The notes beneath the pieces are model-generated. The model did not search any database and was not told where the DNA came from. It saw only the letters and a program-made list of their open reading frames with translations. The translations under genes were made by a program, and so were the position numbers. A DNA stretch of 64,000 nt from Phoronis australis (taxonomy: Eukaryota; Animalia; Phoronida): the NCBI GenBank assembly GCA_002633005.1, contig NMRA01000924.1:1-64000 (forward strand). Direction: 5' to 3'. This document shows, in pieces, positions 47,701-58,500 of this stretch. Numbering within the stretch: position 1 is the stretch's first letter; each line of letters opens with the position of its first letter.

Positions 47701-49958
47701 CACAATAGAAAGTAAATGCACACCTCAAACTGCACGCAAATCAAGTACTGAGTATGCATCCCTGCCACCATATCTGTGCCACGTTTTGTTTTGAGTCGTT
47801 TTGATAATTTTGGAGAAGCACTATTTTGTTGAAAACGGAATGGCACGGCAATTGAATTTACATGGTGCTGGCGCATCTCACCCATAAACTGTAGTGTGAA
47901 GTTTCATAAGAACCTGTCGTGCTGCTTAAGAAAATTAACAGACAAGACAAATCTTGAGGGCATTTAAAAATGCAGCAATAGCGTTAAAATGCCGTTGACT
48001 ATTCTGGTAACCACATAGGCTAGTTGTATCTGTGTATACGTACACATCTGAGAAAATAATTGGGCTGGTCGAATGAAGCTTAGAGTTTAAGACAAGTTCA
48101 AATCACCCTGTCCACATCACTGGTTGACTGGGAACAGATTCACGTAGGGAAGTGAAAGTAGTGTACAAGTAATCGCATTTTTTCAAATGACTGTTGCTGC
48201 AGTCGTAAGTAGCGCAAATAGCACGGTGTCAGTTGACCCTCAGAAATTGCGTGCACCCCTGTCGGTCCTTGGCTCTACATGTTGATATAAGTTTCACGAG
48301 TTGACAAACAGAACTTAAACGTGCCACATGAAACTTTGGGAACTAAGAGAGCTCAACACACACATTAGTAGCAAGCTGTGTTTTGACCATAGTCTTCATG
48401 CATCTACCCGAGATAGCCAGCCAGGTAACTACAGCTTGTTACCACTGACTTCCAGCATGTCATGGCATGTGCACTATTCTAATCTATACTTATATGGTGT
48501 ATACTAAATTTATGTTCAAGTAGATTGAAATGAGCTCCCATGGGAGCATACTAGAGGTATGTTCCACAAAACTACAAGAACATAAACACGCATGACCAAA
48601 GAAGACAATCCTCGGCCATGCCTAGCCCCAACCAGACCCACTGGTTCCCCCCACGATTGCCAAATTCTTCAACAAGCATTAGACTCCCTAGCCTCTTGGG
48701 AAAACTCCTGGAAAATGAACTTTAATATCTCCAAATGCAATACTCTTCGTATCCACAGAAAACGTTCCCCCATAATATACAATTACAGCCTACACAACGC
48801 TTCACTCAAATGCATTAATAAAGCCCCATACCTCGGGGTCACTCTCAACAATAATTTATCATGGAACACTCATATAGACAAAATCACCTCAAAGGCAAAC
48901 AAAACTCTTGGCTTCATTAAACGAATTCTCAAATATGCTCCTCAAAAAACAAAAGCCCTTGCCTACACTTCACTTGTTAGACCAAAACTAGAATACTCCT
49001 CCTCTGTCTGGGACCCATCCACTCGTACAAACATTGAAAACATAAAAAAATACAGTGTAGAGCAGCCAGGGTCGTTTTAAATGACCACTCAAGGTACTCC
49101 TCCATTTCATCCATGCTCAAAACTCTCAATTGGCCAACTCTCCAGGAAAGACGAGCTCAGAACAAACTATTCCCTCTGTTGTAGATGTGCTTCCGGTGAA
49201 TTATATGAGACTCTGTTAGCTACTCGCTAACGGGCAATTGCCTATTAGCTGAATGGTTAGCACGCTTGCCGGTTTTATGGGGGTCGCGGGTTCGATCCCC
49301 GAGTCAAGTGAGCTCGGCTATTACTACACTTCTGTACAAGACCGTACATAACCTCGTTGATATTCCTCACTCATACCTTCCACTCCTACAGACCTCCATA
49401 TCACATAACTCCCACTCCCATACCTTTGAGAGATTATACATCCGCACTGCATACTACGCAAACTCTTTCCTTCCATCTACCATTCTACTCTGGAATAGAC
49501 TCCCACAATTCGCCATCTCATTAGAAAATACTAGAAATATTCACAAGTCTCATCTTGAACATCAATCTTACACCGTAATCATAAGACCTTTTTATCTTGG
49601 CACTAACCAGCACTTCGTTTTATCGTTATTTTTCAAAGTTACGTGCATCTAAGTTTTATACTAACAGTGCGCCAACAAGTAAGGATCGATACCACGATCG
49701 TTTGTTGATTTTTGGAAGAAAAGAAGTAAGAAGAGCCAAGCCAAGCCAGTCAAGGCAAGGGTTAGATCTCCGCCAACGTCATAGGCCAAACTATTCACTG
49801 CTCACATGATCGCAGCTCAAAACTCTAAAATTTTTCCACACTTTGTGCATAATACTAGATGCTTTGAACGGTACAAATGTCAACAACCACTCTTAAAACG
49901 TCACAAAACTCACCTTAGAATGTCTCGACTCGGGACCAACATTACTAGTCGCCGCCAT
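29434..49958 (-). CDS. INTS5: Integrator complex subunit 5, 945 aa, 18 exons (5'->3'): 49958-49914, 47323-47015, 46659-46505, 45564-45469, 42964-42739, 42005-41888, 40048-39819, 38082-37946, 37557-37452, 35681-35494, 34972-34776, 33367-33249, 32928-32725, 32370-32135, 31754-31684, 30846-30698, 30100-29944, 29528-29434
   Basis: The spliced translation has INTS5 signatures: [144 protein letters not shown]...VTIERDL, and the C-terminal [16 protein letters not shown]. All introns are GT-AG with consistent phases; total 2838 nt. A few internal boundaries (e.g. the exon 11 donor) were chosen by phase fit. Confidence 0.93.
33404..33625 (-). mobile_element. tRNA-derived SINE, family A copy 3 (INTS5 intron)
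   Basis: Same sequence family (ggcggtctg..gtaccagacgtgc..catgtgg..gccacac); 9-bp TSD gcaactgaa at 33395-33403 / 33626-33634. Confidence 0.75.
34049..34286 (+). repeat. 58-bp minisatellite, about 4 copies
   Basis: Unit ggata(c/a)atatcaaactttcaggtaccatgctttatgtgttgttctttgaaatgctgct. Confidence 0.9.
35728..35758 (+). repeat. (CAA)n microsatellite
   Basis: About 10 perfect CAA units. Confidence 0.95.
36508..36965 (+). repeat. 60-bp minisatellite, about 8 copies
   Basis: gtgatcccaacattaaagct... at 36511, 36571, 36631 and 36691, followed by increasingly diverged copies. Confidence 0.85.
36988..37132 (+). mobile_element. Penelope-like inverted-repeat insertion with degenerate hammerhead core
   Basis: Arms 36991-37028 / 37066-37103 are inverted. 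The loop has atga-t-gtct..agac-gaaacgtt. A 12-bp direct repeat ttaaatcttaag flanks it at 36976-36987 / 37133-37144. Confidence 0.5.
40078..40718 (+). mobile_element. Probable solo LTR (Gypsy-like) in INTS5 intron
   Basis: TGT...ACA termini, TATAAATA at 40351, repeated tctagaa/ttccag motifs upstream, and a 3' end ggtaagccctagaca. Near-TSD aatac/aaaac (one mismatch). Confidence 0.5.
41016..41622. mobile_element. Tc1/mariner-superfamily MITE (CCGTA termini, TA TSD)
   Basis: ta|ccgtattcgctgtaataacc ... ggttattacggtgaatacgg|ta with repeated ggggcgctta subterminal motifs. Confidence 0.8.
41697..41868 (+). repeat. Imperfect (GATGATGACGGGCCT)-type minisatellite
   Basis: Explains the Met-rich and His-rich spurious ORFs; lies in the intron next to an INTS5 donor site. 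Confidence 0.85.
43686..43789 (-). mobile_element. Duplicated HINE-like 3' termini
   Basis: Two copies of caagagcaat(g/a)tag(g/a)cattgac..gcacccattgggggcctc. The reverse complement gives hairpin caatg..cattg plus ctcttg, as at 22561-22582. Confidence 0.45.
43820..44172 (+). mobile_element. Kolobok-like family copy (INTS5 intron)
   Basis: Co-linear with 3630-3973 and ends atcctt|ttaa. Confidence 0.65.
45203..45290 (+). repeat. ~44-bp direct tandem duplication
   Basis: ctaggt.attagttctac...atccattagcagaactgcacctc occurs twice. Confidence 0.8.
48630..49560 (+). mobile_element. 5'-truncated non-LTR retrotransposon (CR1/L2-like ORF2 C-terminus), frameshifted, in INTS5 intron 1
   Basis: [72 protein letters not shown], then LYK..HNLV and [17 protein letters not shown]: the typical region downstream of LINE RT. 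Frameshifted near 49050. Confidence 0.9.
49172..49320 (+). mobile_element. tRNA-head SINE fragment nested in the LINE
   Basis: TAGCTGAATGG (A-box) and GGTTCGATCCC (B-box) at about 49246-49299, without a complete cloverleaf; interrupts LINE homology. Confidence 0.55.
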
Positions 49959-49968
49959 TATGAAATTA

Positions 49969-49982
49969 CTGCCCTCTGGTGG
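49969..49982 (-). promoter_or_regulatory. CTCF-consensus motif immediately upstream of INTS5 ATG
   Basis: CCACCAGAGGGCAG on the - strand, about 10 nt 5' of the start codon. Confidence 0.4.
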
Positions 49983-51812
49983 ATTTTTTTACACGAAGAG
50001 AGTGCCTCCTTATGGTCAAATTTCAACTTAAAAGTAGAAATTAGACCAATTTGTCTCGAACCGTATGTACTGGCCACCTGCATAGTTAGCTAGGGAGAGC
50101 GACGAAACAAGAAATTACTAAAGAACCACTTAAGGGAAACAGTTTTCAAAAAACAGTTTCATCGATTGTCTTAGAGCAACACTAAGGGTTTATTTTCTTA
50201 AACATCATCGCAATAATCAAATCAGCGTGCTGTCAACCGAGCCCAAGATTCACCTTACAGTACGAGTTCCGTGCACGCAATTGCGCTTTCTACTAACAGT
50301 TTCCTACAATTCAAAAAATCAGAAACCCTTTCCGGTGCACTAAAAAAAATCACAAATCAACTTAATTCTGCAATTTGTCAACTTGCAAGACTCAGGATCG
50401 AGGACGGTTAGATCCGATGAACAAGTTTTGCCGGACAAGCTTTGATTTGCGTGAAAATCGGTTTTCTAAAGTTTTTGCCAAAATCAAGCTCCGACATGTT
50501 TTGTTGTTTCAGGGGAGGGACGGCAATCTTTACGATCTTGCATCTAGCACACATGGCCAATAGCCTACAGCTATCGACAAATAAACAAAATTGCCATAAG
50601 TCACTTACTGTCAAGTGACAGGGGCATTATTTTATAATTATTAACCAAAGCATAAAATGCCGGATAAGAAATTAAGTAAATTAAATTTATCAGAGAATCA
50701 ATAGCAGCCCTTCGTTACCGCAATTATCTGAAAACTTGTAGTCGTGCCATTGCGTGAAATCTAGAGATTTAATCTGCCCAATGCCTGCAAATGTTATTTT
50801 TCCGGCAATGCTAGAAGGCCGGCTGTGATCCCGTCCTCGCCTTCTCGCCGCTTTGTAACCTCCTAAGAATGACACCCCCGGAAGGTCAGATCAAATACAA
50901 AAAGTACTAGGAGGTGACGACGAAAACAGTCCAAATTGATAAAAACGTTTTTGATTCAAAGCGTAAATCGGTGTTGATGTCGGAGTGTTTCCATTACTTT
51001 CCAGGCTCCGGTATCAGACTAGCGAATTGCTGAGGACTTAATAAGTGAAATATTAACCGAATATGTGTATTAGTGCGGTTTATTTTGAACAAAAGGATGT
51101 CATTTTGAAAGGGCATAGATAAAGCAAGTCGGCGTTAGAATAAATTCTGTATTCATTAGCGAAAACGAAAACGAAAGAGCATCCAACTTGAGTTGTCTGA
51201 TAGGAGTGTGATCGTTATTTTATCTGCTCTGAACCTGGATTATCAAGAACAGCTTTTAAGATCGACACAAAAGAGACTAGGACTGAACCCATGTTAGTGA
51301 CATTAAATGTGTTTTCTGTATAACCCATTGTTTGTTTGATATGACTGTTATATTCGGCAAGATACATGTATCTATGTGTATGGCATACCCAAGGCTACTC
51401 CAACGGTGCGGCCCTTTATCATCAAACAAAAAGCAATGTTCTGATGGTGTGCGCTTCGCAACTCACTGAGACACCGAACAGGTGACACGTCACGAACAGC
51501 ACTACCTTTTGTGAATCATTGAAAGGTGTCGATGCATCGTTAATCAAATTTCTGAGCAATATGTATAATATTATTGAAATACTTTTCAGTTCTGTAAAAT
51601 TTTTAGTACATGGAACGTTGCATTTGAGCAAAAATACCACTTTAGGGATACTTCAAATTAAGTGTCCAGTAATTTGGCATTAGTGTTGATCAATATTATT
51701 TTTGCCGCCTAGTTGCATGTCTCAAGGAACTCATGAGTTATTACAACGTTGATTTTTATAAAGCTTCTATTATTTTCACCTGTCTCCAAACGTTTTTTCA
51801 CACGTGTACGCA

Positions 51813-52066
51813 TGCGCGCACCCAGCCTTCGACATGGGGGGGGGCTCCAATTCCTAGCATTGTGGACCTTTTGGTAACAAAATAGCCGGCTGACAAAAAA
51901 AAAGAAAACAGGCGCAGCACTGTGAATTGCGCGTTTGCACTTGTTTAGTTGCCTTTTGTCTCAATTTCTCGGACTTTTTGTTTCTCGCACGCGGACGTTT
52001 TTGCCCACTTCACCAAATGGAGGAGCTCGTTCGAGCCCCCTCCCCGACCCCCCCTGGGTGCGCGCA
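51813..52066. mobile_element. MITE with perfect 13-bp TIR
   Basis: tgcgcgcacccag (51813-51825) / ctgggtgcgcgca (52054-52066); interior related to 5462-5692. Confidence 0.7.
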
Positions 52067-54563
52067 ACGTAAATGTAGTGTTGGTTGTAAATAACCAGTT
52101 ACTTCAACGTACAGAGGCGCCGTAGGGGGCGACGGGAGGAGACGGACAAGAGGGCCATAGGTTGACAAAATTAGCTTGCTAATTTGATAGTATTCCATGG
52201 ACTTGTGTTACGATATTTTTAAACTTTACCACCTTCTTCCTATACCTACTTTTTGAGTGAAAATCTTACTTCATCACACGTGTCTAGTTTAATCCTCAAA
52301 ATCCTTTAAACATGTGTAATTAAAAGAAGTATCACGTTCTTCAATAGGTTGTAGTGTGTTTGAAAATAGTATTTTTTTTCTGCTTTATTCATCTATTTTG
52401 TTCCTTTCTGTTGTTCAAAGAACACTGTAGGCCACGCTAAAAACGCATCTGTTACAATGCTGGCTACACCATTCGTTGTCCGATAATTTCAGAATGTGTG
52501 CAGACACTAAATTTCAAAATTTTGCCAAGATTCACCAAATTCATTGGCTAATTAAGCGAAAATGTGCAACTTTAAACGCGGGTTCCTTTTTCTTTTGAAA
52601 TATAAGCTACGTATGGTGATGATTACCGCGTAAATGTGCTCCTACGGCTCAACTTAGAACCACTGTTGTCTTGCAATGATGAACACCGGTGGTATGAAAG
52701 CCACGTACGCACGTTTTTCTTTGGCACGTGTGCGACTATCATTCGTCTGTTTTATCGCTCACATTGTCGTCTGCACTTGTCAACACGTGGTTATACAACT
52801 AAGAAGCAGGCCGTCAAAACTATGTTAAGAACTATAATTCCCCAAATAAGCCAGAACGAAAATTGACCTTGAGAGCTCAAAGCCCAGACAGTTCTCAGTG
52901 CGGTAGTAAGTGCACGTGTCCTTAACTTAGACATTTTGTCAAGGTGTGAGTTTTGGAAATAAATGTTGAAAGAAGACTGAATTTTGTTGGCCAGGAAACG
53001 AATCGATATTCACAAACCAGAGCAAACACTATCAAGGTTCCTACATGTACAGAGAAATGGAACTGTCCTACAGGTACATGTACACACGTGGCAGTGACAG
53101 CAACTGCGTTTTGTCAGTGAGTTTAGTGACTAACCGAAATTTGACCAGTGAATTGTAAATCTACGTCACTGATACAAAAGCGTTTCGACGCGGATAAGTT
53201 GTCAGTCTTTTATTATATTGACCGGTCTTTAAAACATTACCACACTTATAGGATATTGAATTATTGCCCTCTGCAGAATGAGCCGGCAAATCAAGTAACA
53301 AATAATGAGTACATGCCCCTTTTTGGAATTCCCCAATATTGTAGTAATCGAAGCCTAATATAATGTAAAGCGTATGAATACATGTGCTATTGAGATGCCA
53401 CGTTTACATGTACAGTGTTCTTGTTGATAACATAAATAGACCTGGTCCCCTCACGGTAAGGAGCACCACGACACTGGTTTCGTGAGAGTATAGACTAAAC
53501 AGCCCAATTCGATTTACTTTTTAGCAGTGAGGGCAAAATGTAGTTATGAAACTCAATACAGATTTTGGCAGAACGCCACTTTGGACACGCATCAGCATGC
53601 TTGACCTAAAACTGACAGTGGGAAACTTCATTACTTCATTATCATCTTTATCGTTCTCGTCGTCTTCGTCGCCTTCCATCCTGTATAGACGATACACTGG
53701 AAACTTCATCGGTACTTAAAATTGTCCGTGTTGGAACGCCTGGGTCCTGTAGGGGCTGGGCTAATCAAAGGTCTCAGGATCACTTTGCTTGAGGCGGCTG
53801 TAAACCTGCATGGCGTTAAAGAAAAAAAAATGACTTAGACCCCTTTAAAGCCGTTGTAAAACTGACTTTTAACTAACTGCAAACTCAGACGAAAAGTGGC
53901 TTCTGGGCATTCAAAAAAGTGACACGTCGTTATATTGCTTAGGTTGCTCCACGCAAAAATTGACCGAACCAGCGTAGGGTCTAAAATCAGTCATTCACAG
54001 GCGCTGAAATCGCATCTAAATTGACTTAGAGTCATACGTGTAGACAGCAGTTTCTTAAGCGCAAGTGAGCTCAACAAAAAGCTAGTTAAAAGCTAGACGG
54101 AAGGTAGCATATAACTGCGCAAACAGCAATCCAATGTGTGCTTCGCCCATACTCAAACAACATACATATTTGACACATTGATTTAAGGAGCCAAACCAAC
54201 AACATTTACCTGGGAAAATTTGAAATTCTACTTTTGGAAACAACAAAAAATGGTAACTGACTTTGATGTGTTTAACAATTTAGAGAAAGGCCGTTCGCAG
54301 ACTGCAATTCAACAAATTTGAAAAAGTAGGAATGATTAAAAAACTCAAGGGTTTTTAATTTTGCGGGGCACCCTAAAACATCATGACGGACTCGGCGAGA
54401 TAATGAACGGAGTGATGTCATGCCTATGCGGAGCAATACCGGCGACGGCAGCGCCAACGACCAACCGAGTCGGAGAAGTAGACTTTAAGTACCTTTGAAA
54501 TGTGGACACCCCCGCCATTATACCTTAATGTAGACACGTGTCAAGACGACACCGGCTGCACCA

Positions 54564-54953
54564 CCAATATTCACGTGACAGCCAGGCCCTCTTAAAGCCA
54601 ATAGCCAATCCAAATATGGTGAACACCTGCCGTGCCATGAGACAGGAAAACAGGAGCAGTAAACAGACAAACAACGACAGGCGTGTCCGTCCACTCCAGT
54701 CCACCAAAGATCACTCGCGAGCGTGTGACGATCATTGATTGAGAACATTCACCGACCAGCGCTCCTCACGTACGGGCGCACTGCTGGAAGTACATGTATA
54801 GAAAACACCGATCAAGAAACGTTTAACACGTCCAAAACGTTAAAAGCATTGCTGACGATAAAGCGCGTTTGAATTTCGAGTTGTTTGCGGAGCAACGTGA
54901 TAGAGAGTGACAGAGAGAGAGAGAGAGAGCAAGTTGTACAACTGTGATTTAAG
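54564..54953 (+). promoter_or_regulatory. Candidate promoter and non-coding first exon of pappalysin
   Basis: CCAAT at 54564, 54598 and 54605; CACGTG at 54572; (GA)n tract at about 54912-54929; donor-like aag|gtatta at 54953; acceptor tttacag at 55544 upstream of the ATG. No transcript evidence. Confidence 0.35.
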
Positions 54954-55574
54954 GTATTAAAATTGTGATATTTTGAACAAGTTTAACATGGCAAAGATAA
55001 AGATTTGCCACTCAAATTTCAGTTCAATTTCAAAAATTATTCTGTATGACACATGGGACACGCGAATTCACGAACAGGCACGACAGGAAAAATTAATAGG
55101 TCTTCAATAGGTTTATAAGACAACGGGGTAGGATTTTGATTATTTCGAAGAGAGAGAGAGGGTGCCCGAGGACAATAGCAAATCTGGCCCCATTTTAACC
55201 CGGCGATGATCGTGTTCGCACACACCCTTTATAGCACAGCTTTCTATTAAACTCGTTAGACAAATTCCAAATCTCACCGTTAGCTTTGATAATCATCAAC
55301 TTAAAGGAAACTGTCGGTTTTCAAAAATGATGGTGCACCAAAAGAAAATTGTGTTATTTGCGCGAGATGAAGCCATCATACAAAAAGCGAGTAGTTCTAT
55401 AGCATTATTTTATTTTACTTATCATTAGCAATGAATAAATATTCATTTTGAGAAAAACTATACAGTGGCAACAACGTTGCCCTTGAGTGAAACGCATAGT
55501 CATTGGGACAAAGTTGTACTACAGGCACTGTTTCTCATTTACAGGTAATTCACGGCACAAGCCTGGCAGACGAC

Positions 55575-58500
55575 ATGGTCTTTGTTGTCAAATTGTTTAC
55601 ACTCATCTTCGTCGTGATTTTCACTTTTCTGATTATGACGTCGAATTCTTCTCAACCACCCAAGTCCAAAGTTCAACCAGGAATTTCAAGGTCGAGACAG
55701 TCACAGTCCGAAGTCCATTTGACAAAAAAGGAAATTCGACGAAAGCAGGACGAAGATCTGGCTGAAAAGAGTCTGCGCAATTGTCACGTGATTGAGAGAA
55801 AGCGAGAAGGGTTGCATGTGCTTTCGCGCCATCCCCGCGACGCAAAAAATTATCTCAGAAGAAGGACCTCAGCGTCTTTTGGAAATGCAGTGAAATTTTC
55901 CAAAGGAGGCGCTGTTTTACGCTTACGTAAAAGTGGCATTACAACTCTCCCACGACAGTCATTCAGTGTAACGGCTTGGATCAAACCGGAAGGGGGCCAA
56001 GCAGACGGGGTTCTAATCGTTGGTGAGTAGAGCACGTGATAGAGTCACGTGACACAGTTATAACCATAACCTCAGCGTCAGAATTGCAATTTCAAATTTT
56101 GCTTGAAATTGCGAACAAGTGGTACACTTTTTTGTTAATCAATTTCGTTTATTGAACGAAAATCTTGAATTCAGCATTTGTAAAACAAGAATATTCGAAA
56201 CCAGTTTTACATCCGTAACGTAACCTGCAGTCATTTAAAGTACTGTATGTCTAGTTTACACATACGCTACCTCTTTGCCACTAAAAAAGGTTTCATAATT
56301 TTCTATTGTCGACCGAGCAATAATATTCCCATTTTCTCTCGGCTCTTGTACACGTATATCTGAGAAAAACGATTGTGCGAACGGCAAAAGCTAAGGAGTG
56401 TGAAATTGGCATCCAACGTTCTGGATATGATTATGCGCACACCGCAAATCAATCAAGCACAATTAGAGGAGGTCAAACTATTTGTCCACCAGGCAGGTGT
56501 TTATATTCCAGTTTATTATTCTTTATTTTACACGCTTTTCTAATACGAATTTGTTGATGGAAATTGGACCTCAACCAAATTCGAAAATCTAATATTGGAG
56601 CCCAGTGGAACCGACTGGTAGGAGATATTAACGATTGAATTGAACGCCAGAGCGGGGCAGTTTATCTGCGTTGAACGGATACAAAAGAAAACGACAAACA
56701 TAATGAAATAAATCCAGCCGTGAAATGAAATAAAAAGCAAAATCTACATGTATGGTAAAATGCTATACTGTAACCCTAACTTTCATATGTTCTTATAGTA
56801 GCTGGTGGAATTTAAGGTACATGCCAAGAACGTCGTTATTTGTTTATTCACAAGACAAATAAATTCTTGCTAAAAATGCCTTTTCTACCAATATCATCAC
56901 GGGGGATATAGAGAGACAATGGTCGCTTATTCAATTTGCTTTTTAAAATCTCAAATTATTCCATTCTACTAGTACAGCGCGCTTGACATGGCTCAAGACT
57001 TGAATTTTTTTTCACTAAAAACGTTTGGTTTTCCAAGAAGTCCATTTTGCCAATCATTTTTTCCAAACTATAGTGACACTGTTCTCAAACCTTGTCATGG
57101 TCTAGTTAAAGTTATCAATCGCCGATTTTGTACTTAATTTTGGCAAATACACAACTGCAGTCACTTTCAAATCGAAAATATAGTTAATACTATTACAATT
57201 TAAAAAAGAACTCCTGATACTGATTTGTAGTTCATTGATGTATTATATTTGAAAATTGCGTCATTCTGTAATGTGATGAAAACCCTCATGTAGACACATA
57301 CGTTGTACTACAATACGTGGAACGCCAGCTCCTTATATTCTCAGTGCACAAGATGAGTCATCATGCGCATAAACTTCCACCAACCCTATTGGCCCTCAAC
57401 GCCATTGCTCACTTGCTCCGCCTGGTGTGATAGATGTTTTACTTACGCCAAATACGTACATTGTCAGCTCACTGTGCGGTTCCATGTAGCTGGACAGGGC
57501 AGTATGAACTGTTTAACCTTTATTTTTTGAAGATTGTCGACTAGATAGTCAAAAAGTTTGTGATTTACCATATCCAAGATATTCATTACCACAAATCGCC
57601 TTTCCTCCATGCGAAACACTCAATTTGGAATACATGATGTTAATGATTTTGGTACTAACTTGGTAATTTACGAGACCAGTCGTGTCCGCCCTGAGACCAA
57701 CATTCATACAATTACTTAGCCCCAAAACAAAGAAAACAGTGAATCTTCAAATTATTGCAGTTATAGCCTTATTGTCATTGCAAGCGCACTATTGCCGATT
57801 ACTTCGTCATTGGCGAATCCGAGATCGAGTGAATAAAAAGCTACCTTCATGAATTATCGCCGCAGGTCTAAGTTAAAAAAAGTCGGTAATTATGTTAAGC
57901 CACTGATGACATAACTTGATTGTCAAGCCCTGTTTTCGCCATTTATTCGCTATTTTAGGAGAAATTTGCATCGTTAGGTCGACATAGAAAGAACTGAAAA
58001 AATTGAGCTGTTTGTTCTACCTACATGTGTACATGTAGATATCAACCACGCATGTGTGCACGCCCTGCGTATGCTCAACTAAATTTCTGGGGCTTACTTA
58101 AGCTACTAACATTCGGTGTAGTGAACTAATACTACCCGTTGTTACGAAAAGGAAATAAACTTCACTCTGACAGGCATCTTTGGCAAGGCCTTCTCTGAAT
58201 AAAGAATGGGATTATATCTACACTAGTTATATACATGTATAATATGGCGACCTCAGGTTAATAATTATGGCTGTATTTTACAGCACACGATCAAGAGATA
58301 ACCTTTTTTGAAATAAACGTTAGATGGCGCATAATGTGAACGTGAGATTCAAAATAGAAGCATTTTTGTGAACTGTGGCTCATGATAGTGCTGTACATAA
58401 AAGTCTACACTGTACTTCCTGGAACGAATTTATGCTATTCTGGACGTATTGGACTGACACAGTGAAACACGATTTTAATTCGCTTTTTAGTGTGACGTCA

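Noticed and set aside
49240-49310. Possible tRNA gene
   Set aside because: A and B boxes are present but acceptor and anticodon stems do not pair; treated as a SINE head
53521-53709. 62-aa acidic ORF on the minus strand
   Set aside because: Low-complexity with a short internal duplication; no splice or homology support
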